A stretch of 59,955 nucleotides of DNA from a virus. Taxonomy: Duplodnaviria; Heunggongvirae; Uroviricota; Caudoviricetes. A model generated the notes under the pieces. That model saw nothing but the letters and a program-made list of their open reading frames with translations, did no database searches and was not told the origin of the DNA. A program made the translations under genes and the position numbers. Positions 16,686 to 24,362 of the stretch are shown piece by piece. The stretch lies in the IMG/VR virus record IMGVR_UViG_3300008255_000107; one strand, given 5' to 3'. Within the stretch, counting starts at the first letter, position 1, and every line of letters begins with the position of its first letter.

Positions 16686-17013
16686 GGACATACCCCTAGT
16701 CCAACAAGCTGTCCAATCGGGTCACGCCGTCGCCGCGTATCTTAGGGATTACCGGGATACACCCTGGGATAACGGGACCCTGGTTTTCCTAGGGGTGGAA
16801 GACGAGGAAGACCTGCTGTTTTGGAAGGATGTCCTCAATAGAAACGAGGTGGATCACTCCGCTTTCTACGAACCTGACATTTCCTCCTTCACGGCGGTAT
16901 CATTCGTTCACGACACTTCCTTGCCTGGTACACCCAAGTGGAAGCGTTTGCTTGACCGCAGGGCCCGGCTACTTAGAATGGAGGCAGCGTGTGAATGCGA
17001 AGCAGCTCACTAG
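16657..17013 (+). CDS. Pth2-like (peptidyl-tRNA hydrolase domain) protein
   Basis: LFVLVRKDI...QAVQSGHA, TLVFL, FYEPDI. Confidence 0.65.
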   Translation: MLKLFVLVRKDIPLVQQAVQSGHAVAAYLRDYRDTPWDNGTLVFLGVEDEEDLLFWKDVLNRNEVDHSAFYEPDISSFTAVSFVHDTSLPGTPKWKRLLDRRARLLRMEAACECEAAH

Positions 17014-17271
17014 GGAAATAAAAGAGGTTGTGGCCACCATTAAGGGACGCAGGGCAGAACTAAAGCCCTGCCCCTTTTGTGGGGGGGGGAACCTCAGCTG
17101 CAGGTGGACTGCGACGATGGTAATATAGGAGCCCCCTACCCAGGAGGGCTTATAGTAATCGAGTGTCCAAACGAAGAGTGCCCTGAGGTGTGCGTCAGCA
17201 GGAAAGCTTGTTTTACGGATTACCCTATGGTTTTCTCCAAAATATTGGCCGCATGGAACAGAAGGTGTTAA
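16991..17271 (+). pseudogene. Lar-like Zn-finger protein, frameshifted at G9
   Basis: ELKPCPFCGG in one frame; EPQL...ECPNEEC...AAWNRR in another; G run 17081-17089. Confidence 0.65.
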
Positions 17272-17300
17272 AACACCTTCTTTCTTTTATATTGTAGTTC

Positions 17301-17617
17301 ATGACCGCAGAACCACTTAAATTAAGTTTGGACGTGGCGCCAATCCATCTCATGCTTGCGTGGGGTAAGCTGGTAGAAGCCAACTTTGGAAAGAGCGCCC
17401 ATGGCTTTGGTGCGGCTTTCACTCCGCACGGGTGGGGGAAGTCAATAGGTTCGACGATAAATTGGGAAATGCCGGCACCAACCTGGCAAACCTATGCTCG
17501 TACGCTTCCGATGTGTACGATGTAATGGTGACCATGGATGGCATGGACCCAGACCAATGGAAGAAGAAGTACCCTGGGTATTTTAACAAGTGTTATGTTG
17601 AATTTGCTCAGGAATGA
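17301..17617 (+). CDS. Hypothetical protein(s), possibly one gene split at a G5 run
   Basis: Overlapping ORFs 17301-17525 and 17432-17617 cross at ggtggggga. Confidence 0.4.
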
Positions 17618-17624
17618 GAATTAC

Positions 17625-17696
17625 GGCCTTATAGCTCAGTGGTAGAGCAGGGAACCCTAAACTCCTCGCGCCGGGGTTCGACCCCCCGTAAGGCTA
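17625..17696 (+). tRNA. tRNA with CUA anticodon (amber suppressor-like)
   Basis: Acceptor GGCCTTA/TAAGGCT; D and T arms canonical; GGGAA-CCCTAAA-CTCCT. Confidence 0.7.
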
Positions 17697-17719
17697 CTAA
17701 CAACGAAAGGTTTACTCAA

Positions 17720-19177
17720 ATGAATACGGTATCGCCGGAAAAAGAAGTGGAAAGGTTGCTGGGTAAAATCCTAGCAGGCTCAGTTTTCCATGGTAAGGTG
17801 AAAGCCGTGGGTGGGTACGTCCGCGATGAGTACCTAGCGTCCCTCACAAACACACCCCACCACCCCAAGGATTTGGACATCCTGGTCGATGATGGTCCCG
17901 AGGGGTCCAAAAGATTTGCTTCCCATCTCCATAGTCTGTTCAGTAAGGAAACCAGCCTACCCAGACAGATGGGGGCGGGCTACCCTATTTGGCAGCTCAC
18001 TTTCCACAGTAACATCACCCTGATCAGTGGGGGTACTTTTCTCACGGAGGGTGCGGTGATTGAGTTTGCAGACCCTATGAAGGAGACCTACCCTGACCAG
18101 GACTCACGCCAACGCACGGTAATCCCTGCCACCTTGGAGGAGGATATCAAGCGGCGTGACTTCACTGTTAACATGCTTCTAAAGGACCTAACCTCCGGTG
18201 AGGTAGAGGACTTGTGCGAGAGTTCATTGTACGACATTAGACGCGGCATCCTAAGGGGTCACCCCGATGTATACTCCCGCAAGATGTTCTCTGACGACCC
18301 CCTACGTATTATGAGGCTGGTAAGGTTCCATGCCAAGTACGGGTGGGAGATAGCCTACGACCTTTTCCTAGGAGCTAGAAGGACAGCCAACCGACTAAGC
18401 ATCGTATCTATGGAGAGGATCCAAGGCGAACTTCAAAAAATTTTGGAGTATGGGGAGCTTCATAAATCCATAGGGCTAATGAATGACCTAGGGGTTTTGG
18501 ATTATATCCTGCCTGAGGTAAAGAACCTGGAGCATGTCGAGCATGACTCTGAGTACCACAAGGAGGGTGACGTGTACACCCACACTATGATGGTACTGGA
18601 AAATTCGGATAAGACCGTTTGTGGCCAGCTTGCTGCTTTACTGCATGACGTGGGGAAACCTGCCACCCGTGAAATCATAGACGGAAAGGTTAGGTTCATA
18701 GGTCACGAAGAAGTAAGCGCCTATATGGCCAAAGACATTTTGGACCGGTTAAAGTTTCCTTCCCAGGTACGGGATCAGGTCGCCAAGGTTATCGGGTTCC
18801 ACATGAGACCTCTGGCTCTGGTTAATAACCAGTCCCCCTCCAGAACATACAGGAGATTCATGAGGGACGTTGGTCCCTATCTGGATGATGTTCTAAGTTT
18901 AGCGTCTGCTGATTGCAAGGGTAGGCTCCCCTACTCTCCCAATCATGAAAAAGTGATTGCGAAGGTTAGGGAGATACAGGACCACGACGCCAACCTTCCG
19001 CCACCGCCGCCACTTAACGGTCGGGACATAATGGAAGCTCTGGGACTCAAGTCCGGTATTCAGGTAGGGATGGCTGTACGAGTAGTGCAGGACATCCACG
19101 ATGAGTACTTGGAAAAGGGTATCTCCGTTAGTAAGGAGCAGGCCATTTCCGAACTGAGGGAACGATTCAAAGTGTAA
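17720..19177 (+). CDS. cca: CCA-adding tRNA nucleotidyltransferase with HD domain
   Basis: VGGYVRD, DLDI, DIKRRDFTVN, DDPLRIMRLVRF, ERI; HD domain H..GDVYTH...LLHDVGK. Confidence 0.92.
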   Translation: MNTVSPEKEVERLLGKILAGSVFHGKVKAVGGYVRDEYLASLTNTPHHPKDLDILVDDGPEGSKRFASHLHSLFSKETSLPRQMGAGYPIWQLTFHSNITLISGGTFLTEGAVIEFADPMKETYPDQDSRQRTVIPATLEEDIKRRDFTVNMLLKDLTSGEVEDLCESSLYDIRRGILRGHPDVYSRKMFSDDPLRIMRLVRFHAKYGWEIAYDLFLGARRTANRLSIVSMERIQGELQKILEYGELHKSIGLMNDLGVLDYILPEVKNLEHVEHDSEYHKEGDVYTHTMMVLENSDKTVCGQLAALLHDVGKPATREIIDGKVRFIGHEEVSAYMAKDILDRLKFPSQVRDQVAKVIGFHMRPLALVNNQSPSRTYRRFMRDVGPYLDDVLSLASADCKGRLPYSPNHEKVIAKVREIQDHDANLPPPPPLNGRDIMEALGLKSGIQVGMAVRVVQDIHDEYLEKGISVSKEQAISELRERFKV

Positions 19178-19248
19178 GGGAGAGGGGCGGACTCCCCGGG
19201 ATGAGACATAGTTCCGCCGATGATTGCTTCCCCTCCCCGTTTTTTTTT
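19178..19248 (+). terminator. GC-rich structured element ending in a T run
   Basis: GGGAGAGGGGCGGAC ... GTTCCGCC ... CTTCCCCTCCCC-GTTTTTTTT. Confidence 0.5.
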
Positions 19249-19271
19249 AACCCCAACAAAGGGACAATGCC

Positions 19272-19478
19272 ATGAGTGATGAAAAAAAACTTCCTTGGAA
19301 GAACGTACCGGTTAACTCCGACCCCGAGGCTATCGAAGCTGCCTTTAACGAGGTCACCGATAAGAAGTGCCGAGTCAAGTTCCAGGACAGCGATGGAAAG
19401 GATGTCGGTGTCATGATAGGGATCGACGAGTACAAGGGCATGCTATCCGAGTTAGGCATTGCCACCAAAGATATTTAG
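19272..19478 (+). CDS. Hypothetical protein
   Basis: 68 aa. Confidence 0.6.
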   Translation: MSDEKKLPWKNVPVNSDPEAIEAAFNEVTDKKCRVKFQDSDGKDVGVMIGIDEYKGMLSELGIATKDI

Positions 19479-19617
19479 CGGGGACACCCACTGGTACCTT
19501 AGCACTGGTCCAGTGGAATTTTAACAGTGCCCCGGCCACGTAAAAAAGTTCGTTAAATTAGCGAATAGCATTCTGTACATTCCGGTATCATACCAGATAC
19601 CATAAGGAAAGTACAGA

Positions 19618-21903
19618 ATGAAAGTCATGTCCACCGCTGTGCCAGTAGGCTCCCTCGTAGAGGCGCCCTCTACCATTCATCGCATTTTTGTCATCGACTG
19701 CTCGGGTTCCATGTACGGGGAACTTCCCCTCATCCGCAGCCAGATGAAAAACAAAATCCCCCAGCTAACCAATGTGGGGGACACCGTTTCCATAATTTGG
19801 TTTAGCGGTAGGAAAGAGTGCGGTATCCTGCAAGAAGGTATCGAGGTAAAAAACATCTCTTCCTTTAACGGAATGAACGATGCCGTCGACAAGTTTCTGC
19901 GCCCCATCTGTTTAACCGGTTTCAAAGACCCCATCGATCTGGCGGCCACCACAGCCACCAAACTCAAAAAGAAATATTCGGGATCCGCAGCCCACATGTT
20001 CTTCATGACGGACGGATACGACAACCAGTGGTCCAAGGGCGATATTCTGAGTTGCCTAAAGGAAGCGGCTGACGCCATCGACAGCATGACCTTCGTAGAG
20101 TACGGTTGGTACTGCAATCGCCCCCTGATGACTTCCATGGCCGAAAGTGTGGGGGCACCGCTGGTGTTCTCTGAAAAGTTCGAGGACTACGATGGTGTGT
20201 TCGAAAACAACCTGGTAAAGAAAATCATATCTACCAAGAAGGTGGAAGTGTCGGTCCCCGGCGCCACATTGGGGTACGCCTTTACCTACCAGGACAATGA
20301 AATCCTTTGCCATTTGGTGGATAATAAGAAGGTCTTGGTTCCCGAGGGGACCAAAGAGGTCCACTACTTCACAGAGGGTACCGGTTCCCACCCCAGCGAT
20401 GAAGTGTCCTACGCTGCCATGTACACCCTTGCCCAACGTATGCTGAGTGTGCCACTGCTGGATATCTTGGGTGGGGTAGGTGACGTCAGTTTGATCGACA
20501 TGTTCAACAACTGCTTCTCCAAACAGGACTACAGCGACTTCCAGCAGCAGGTACTTTTCTGTGTATTGGATCAGGATTTCCGTTACAAGGCTGGCAAGAA
20601 CACCAGCTATCTCCCACCGGCCGACGCCTTTACTGTGATCGACTTACTTGATGAGCTGGCCTCTGACAAGGGTAACAAGTTCTTCCCTTATGACACTTGG
20701 TTCCAGTATGAAAGAATCTCTGCCGCTCGCGTGGATTCATCGGAAGTCGTGGACACAGAGGCACGGGACGCCATTTTGGAAAAGATTGCCGGAACCAAGA
20801 GCGCCAAAGAGGTAGCAGCCTTGTCCGAGCAGTTGGCTTCCTTGGCGGATAAGGCCACCAGCAGAAGCCTTAAGTTCACCCCCCTCAGACCTGAGCAGGG
20901 GTACTCCATCACTTCTCTAACCTTTAACGAGACTCGCCCGAACATATCCATTCAGATATGCATCCCCGGTACCGTGGAGCTTCCTACCCCCGCCATGGAT
21001 GATAACCTGGTGGACACTGAAACCGGTGAAGTCCTGGACCCCTACTCCAACGGGGTGCCCGTGATCTTCCCTACGAAGATTTACAGGAACTACGCCGTGG
21101 TTAAGGACGGTATTAAGCACTCATCTTTGGCCAACCTGCCAGTGTCCCTGACGGCATCGACTCTGGCCAAGTTGGAGGAGAATGGGGTAACATTCAACGA
21201 ACACGGTTTCAAGAACGGATCGGTATTGTACCTCAATGCCAAAGCCCTACCTGTAGTAAACCGTGAGATGACTACTGAAGTGAGCGCCGAGGAATTCTTC
21301 AAAGACGTGGTCAACCTCATCCAGGAGAAGTCCTCACAAAAAGTTCTCAACAAGTTCCGCAAGGAGTTCTCCACCACCTCTACAGGTTTGGCCACTCAGT
21401 ACGGCCCCATCATCGTCAACTGGCTCAAAGAGCTAGGCCTAACCGATATGGGCTTCTCCCCTAAGACGGTCAAGGGGGAGTCCCTGGACGTCTACACTGC
21501 CAAAGAGTTCAAGGTGTCCGTGGCTAAGTGCTCTTCCATCCCCACTATCAATGACGCCCTACTGACAAAGATCAAGACGGCCAGCAAGGCTCCTACTCTT
21601 TCAGAGTCCCTGTGTGTGCCCATGATCAGCAAGTACCTACGCTTCATCGAATCCGATGTCTACAAGGACGCTGCCAACAAGGAAGCTCTGCTGAGTACGT
21701 GGTTGGATACCGAATCCCAGAGCGTGACACAGAACGTCAGAAGTCTGATTCGTTCCGTGGCAAAGACCAAATTTGCTATCATGGTCGGTCATATCTGGTT
21801 CAAGGAATTTGATAGTCTGGACCAAAACTCCATGGATGTGGTAGTGGGGGACCAGACCTTCTCCTGTAAGGCAGAGATCAGGGACATCGAAGTCGCTGTG
21901 TAA
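19618..21903 (+). CDS. von Willebrand factor A domain protein
   Basis: MIDAS IFVIDCSGSM and FMTDGYDN; 761 aa. Confidence 0.85.
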   Translation: MKVMSTAVPVGSLVEAPSTIHRIFVIDCSGSMYGELPLIRSQMKNKIPQLTNVGDTVSIIWFSGRKECGILQEGIEVKNISSFNGMNDAVDKFLRPICLTGFKDPIDLAATTATKLKKKYSGSAAHMFFMTDGYDNQWSKGDILSCLKEAADAIDSMTFVEYGWYCNRPLMTSMAESVGAPLVFSEKFEDYDGVFENNLVKKIISTKKVEVSVPGATLGYAFTYQDNEILCHLVDNKKVLVPEGTKEVHYFTEGTGSHPSDEVSYAAMYTLAQRMLSVPLLDILGGVGDVSLIDMFNNCFSKQDYSDFQQQVLFCVLDQDFRYKAGKNTSYLPPADAFTVIDLLDELASDKGNKFFPYDTWFQYERISAARVDSSEVVDTEARDAILEKIAGTKSAKEVAALSEQLASLADKATSRSLKFTPLRPEQGYSITSLTFNETRPNISIQICIPGTVELPTPAMDDNLVDTETGEVLDPYSNGVPVIFPTKIYRNYAVVKDGIKHSSLANLPVSLTASTLAKLEENGVTFNEHGFKNGSVLYLNAKALPVVNREMTTEVSAEEFFKDVVNLIQEKSSQKVLNKFRKEFSTTSTGLATQYGPIIVNWLKELGLTDMGFSPKTVKGESLDVYTAKEFKVSVAKCSSIPTINDALLTKIKTASKAPTLSESLCVPMISKYLRFIESDVYKDAANKEALLSTWLDTESQSVTQNVRSLIRSVAKTKFAIMVGHIWFKEFDSLDQNSMDVVVGDQTFSCKAEIRDIEVAV

Positions 21904-21956
21904 CCGTAGCGGAAGGCAGACGCCCAGCGCCTGTCTTCTTCACAAAGGGTATTATT

Positions 21957-22316
21957 ATGCATTCTTTAGCTCATTACGAAGGCCACATCATCCTGGGTAG
22001 CGACTGCCGAGTCGACACCCGGTCTAGAAATGGGGAGTCTACGCCTGTGGCGGTAAGTGTCCTAGACCTCGACAACGTGGAAGTTATAGGGGTCAGCACT
22101 GAAACGTATTTTTCTTTTTTTAGGGGCGAGCATACCAGGGAAAGGTTAGATGAAATGCTTTCAGATTTAGGCGCCTCGAGGCCAGATTCCACAGTGGTGC
22201 TGTTTATGGTAAACTGTGGTATGCTTAACTATCGAAAAGTTATAGGCGACCGGCTTATACAGATGATACAGAGCCCTACTGAAAATGGGCACAGACTCAC
22301 GGTACTACCACGTTAG
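21957..22316 (+). CDS. Hypothetical protein
   Basis: 119 aa. Confidence 0.55.
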   Translation: MHSLAHYEGHIILGSDCRVDTRSRNGESTPVAVSVLDLDNVEVIGVSTETYFSFFRGEHTRERLDEMLSDLGASRPDSTVVLFMVNCGMLNYRKVIGDRLIQMIQSPTENGHRLTVLPR

Positions 22317-22331
22317 TAGGGTAATAGACTT

Positions 22332-23090
22332 ATGGTTTCCACGGAAGAAATTTCTGAAAAGTCAAAAGAGTTGGGCACCATCCCGTTCTTCAAGGATGCG
22401 TTTTCTTTTCTCTCTAACATGTACTCGGAGGGTGGCCCCCTCTTTTACGGAGGTAAGGAGTACCGGACTTCCGAGCATGCCTACCAAGCCTACAAAATGA
22501 CAAGCGAGGCCGACCACGAAGTCCTACGTAGGCTACATTCCCCCCCCTACGAGGCCAAGACGATGGCACGCACCATGGCTTGCCGGTCTGATTGGGATGA
22601 CGTGAAAGTGGGCATAATGCTGGATGTTCTCAGGTTAAAGTTCTACTACCCTGCCATGAGGGATTTGCTCTTGGCTACTGGCGATGCAGAACTCGTCGAG
22701 GGGAATACCTGGCACGATACCTTCTGGGGAGTATGCCGCGGGTCAGGGCAAAATATTCTAGGCAAGTTACTCATGAAGGTACGGGGAGAGATGGTGCATC
22801 AGGGGTACCCGTCCACAAGCAGGTTCTCCCATAAGATATTCGAGCTGTTCCCCATTAATGACCTGGGGACCAATGCCCTTGGCCTGTGTGGTGAGGCAGG
22901 GGAGTTCGCCAACAAAGTTAAGAAGCGGATGTACGAGGAAGTCCCACGCGAGGCATTGTTGGAAGAGCTGGCAGATACCCTGTGGCATGTATCCCAATGC
23001 TCCACGTTACTGGGCAGTAGCTTGGACGAACTGATGGCCATATCCCTGGATAAGACCATTAAGAGGAATGCAGGTAAAAGTGCTGGTTAG
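22332..23090 (+). CDS. NADAR (YbiA-like) fused to a MazG-like pyrophosphatase
   Basis: FLSN, SEHAYQA.K, DW..VK, LVE..WHDTFWG, N.LGKLLMKVR; then LGLCGEAGE...EELAD. Confidence 0.85.
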   Translation: MVSTEEISEKSKELGTIPFFKDAFSFLSNMYSEGGPLFYGGKEYRTSEHAYQAYKMTSEADHEVLRRLHSPPYEAKTMARTMACRSDWDDVKVGIMLDVLRLKFYYPAMRDLLLATGDAELVEGNTWHDTFWGVCRGSGQNILGKLLMKVRGEMVHQGYPSTSRFSHKIFELFPINDLGTNALGLCGEAGEFANKVKKRMYEEVPREALLEELADTLWHVSQCSTLLGSSLDELMAISLDKTIKRNAGKSAG

Positions 23091-23388
23091 ATTCTTTAAG
23101 TATTTGTACGAGCCCCGTAAGTGTGTAAGGGGTTGTGGGGTGTCCCGTAGGACACGCAACAGGGCTTGGGTATTTTCCCAGGTGGCTTTTGACCCTACGG
23201 TTATGATGGCTTTGGTATTTGTATACTGGGTAAAACCCGTATTCCAACCCCTACTGATAATTTGGGTGGTTCTCTTTATATTTGGTATTGTCCAATTACC
23301 TTTGTGCCAATACGTTCTATTTAGGAAACGTCACAATAGGTTACTCACAATAGGTTACTCAGGAGAGGTTGTTGATTATGAGAACTAA
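23068..23388 (+). CDS. Membrane protein
   Basis: Two hydrophobic segments. Confidence 0.5.
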   Translation: MQVKVLVRFFKYLYEPRKCVRGCGVSRRTRNRAWVFSQVAFDPTVMMALVFVYWVKPVFQPLLIIWVVLFIFGIVQLPLCQYVLFRKRHNRLLTIGYSGEVVDYEN

Positions 23389-23764
23389 GCAAGTCATAGT
23401 GGTCCGCAAGGACCTCAACATGCGAAAGGGTAAGATAGCCGCGCAGGCTGCTCACGCTTCCCTAAAAGTTTTTTTGGACAGGGCGGAAAAGAAAGGCGAC
23501 GACTCCATCTTAATCACCGGCCTGGGAGCCGAGGAAATGGATTGGGTGTTCGGCGTATTCACCAAACCCGTCTGCAGCGTAGATTCCGAGGAAGCGCTCC
23601 TTGGGATTTATAACAAAGCCATTGAGTTGGGCCTCCCCTGCTCATTAATAACCGACTCCGGAAAAACAGAGTTTCACGGAGTACCCACCAATACTGCGGT
23701 GGCAGTCGGACCTGCGGAGGTAAGCAGGATAGATGAAGTCACAGCAGGACTACCACTTCTCTAG
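23378..23764 (+). CDS. pth2: Peptidyl-tRNA hydrolase Pth2
   Basis: KQVIVVRKDLNMRKGKIAAQAAHAS, DSGKTEF..PTNTAVAVGP, IDEVT..LPLL. Confidence 0.92.
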   Translation: MRTKQVIVVRKDLNMRKGKIAAQAAHASLKVFLDRAEKKGDDSILITGLGAEEMDWVFGVFTKPVCSVDSEEALLGIYNKAIELGLPCSLITDSGKTEFHGVPTNTAVAVGPAEVSRIDEVTAGLPLL

Positions 23765-23773
23765 GAGAGAAAA

Positions 23774-23869
23774 ATGAAAAAGATTGTCACCCTCGTTTCC
23801 CTGTCCATCGCCGCCATCGTAGCCACCACCTGGTTCCTTGGTAAAAAAACTCCAAAAATTCCTCAGTAA
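23774..23869 (+). CDS. Small membrane peptide (31 aa, not in track)
   Basis: MKKIVTLVSLSIAAIVATTWFLGKK; RBS ggagag. Confidence 0.5.
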   Translation: MKKIVTLVSLSIAAIVATTWFLGKKTPKIPQ

Positions 23870-23878
23870 GATAAGGTC

Positions 23879-23907
23879 TTGCCATTTTGCAAACTTGTTA
23901 GTATTAT
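23879..23907 (+). promoter_or_regulatory. Sigma70-type promoter
   Basis: TTGCCA-N17-TATTAT. Confidence 0.6.
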
Positions 23908-23913
23908 TGTGGA

Positions 23914-23985
23914 ATGAGTAAGTTTTTTGCATATGTCGTCGTAGAGGAATCCGTAACTGAACAAGGTTGTTCGGCGGTTTCTTGA
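23914..23985 (+). CDS. Putative leader peptide (23 aa)
   Basis: MSKFFAYVVVEESVTEQGCSAVS, between promoter and terminator. Confidence 0.45.
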   Translation: MSKFFAYVVVEESVTEQGCSAVS

Positions 23986-24005
23986 TGTCTGCATAGGATA
24001 TTTAA

Positions 24006-24038
24006 AAAGAACCCGCCGGTAACCCCGGCGGGTTCTTT
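24006..24038 (+). terminator. Intrinsic terminator/attenuator
   Basis: AAAGAACCCGCCGG-TAACC-CCGGCGGGTTCTTT. Confidence 0.85.
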
Positions 24039-24041
24039 ATT

Positions 24042-24114
24042 GCTCCCTTCGTCTAGCGGCCTAGGACACCACCTTTTCACGGGGGGTACACCGGTTCAAT
24101 CCCGGTAGGGAGTA
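24042..24114 (+). tRNA. tRNA-Glu(UUC)
   Basis: Loop TTTTCAC; one mismatch in anticodon stem. Confidence 0.85.
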
Positions 24115-24121
24115 CTTTACA

Positions 24122-24195
24122 GGCCTCTTAGCTCAGCGGTTAAGAGCGTCCGCCTTACAAGCGGAGGGTCAAAGGTTCGAATCCTTTAGGGGCCA
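24122..24195 (+). tRNA. tRNA-Val(UAC)
   Basis: TCCGC-CTTACAA-GCGGA. Confidence 0.93.
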
Positions 24196-24209
24196 TAGTT
24201 TTATCATTT

Positions 24210-24282
24210 GCTCGTATCGTCCAGTGGCCTAGGACTCGGGATTTTCATTCCCGCAACGGGGGTTCGAAACCCCCTACGAGTA
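24210..24282 (+). tRNA. tRNA-Glu(UUC), second copy
   Basis: CGGGA-TTTTCAT-TCCCG. Confidence 0.9.
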
Positions 24283-24288
24283 CTTTTT

Positions 24289-24362
24289 AGCCTCGTAGCT
24301 CAGTTGGCTAGAGCACCACCTTGACAAGGTGGGGGTCACTGGTTCAAGTCCAGTCGGGGCTA
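24289..24362 (+). tRNA. tRNA-Val(GAC)
   Basis: CCACC-TTGACAA-GGTGG. Confidence 0.93.

Noticed and set aside
17639-17719. N-terminal extension of cca
   Set aside because: It overlaps the CUA tRNA; ATG 17720 is the more plausible start.
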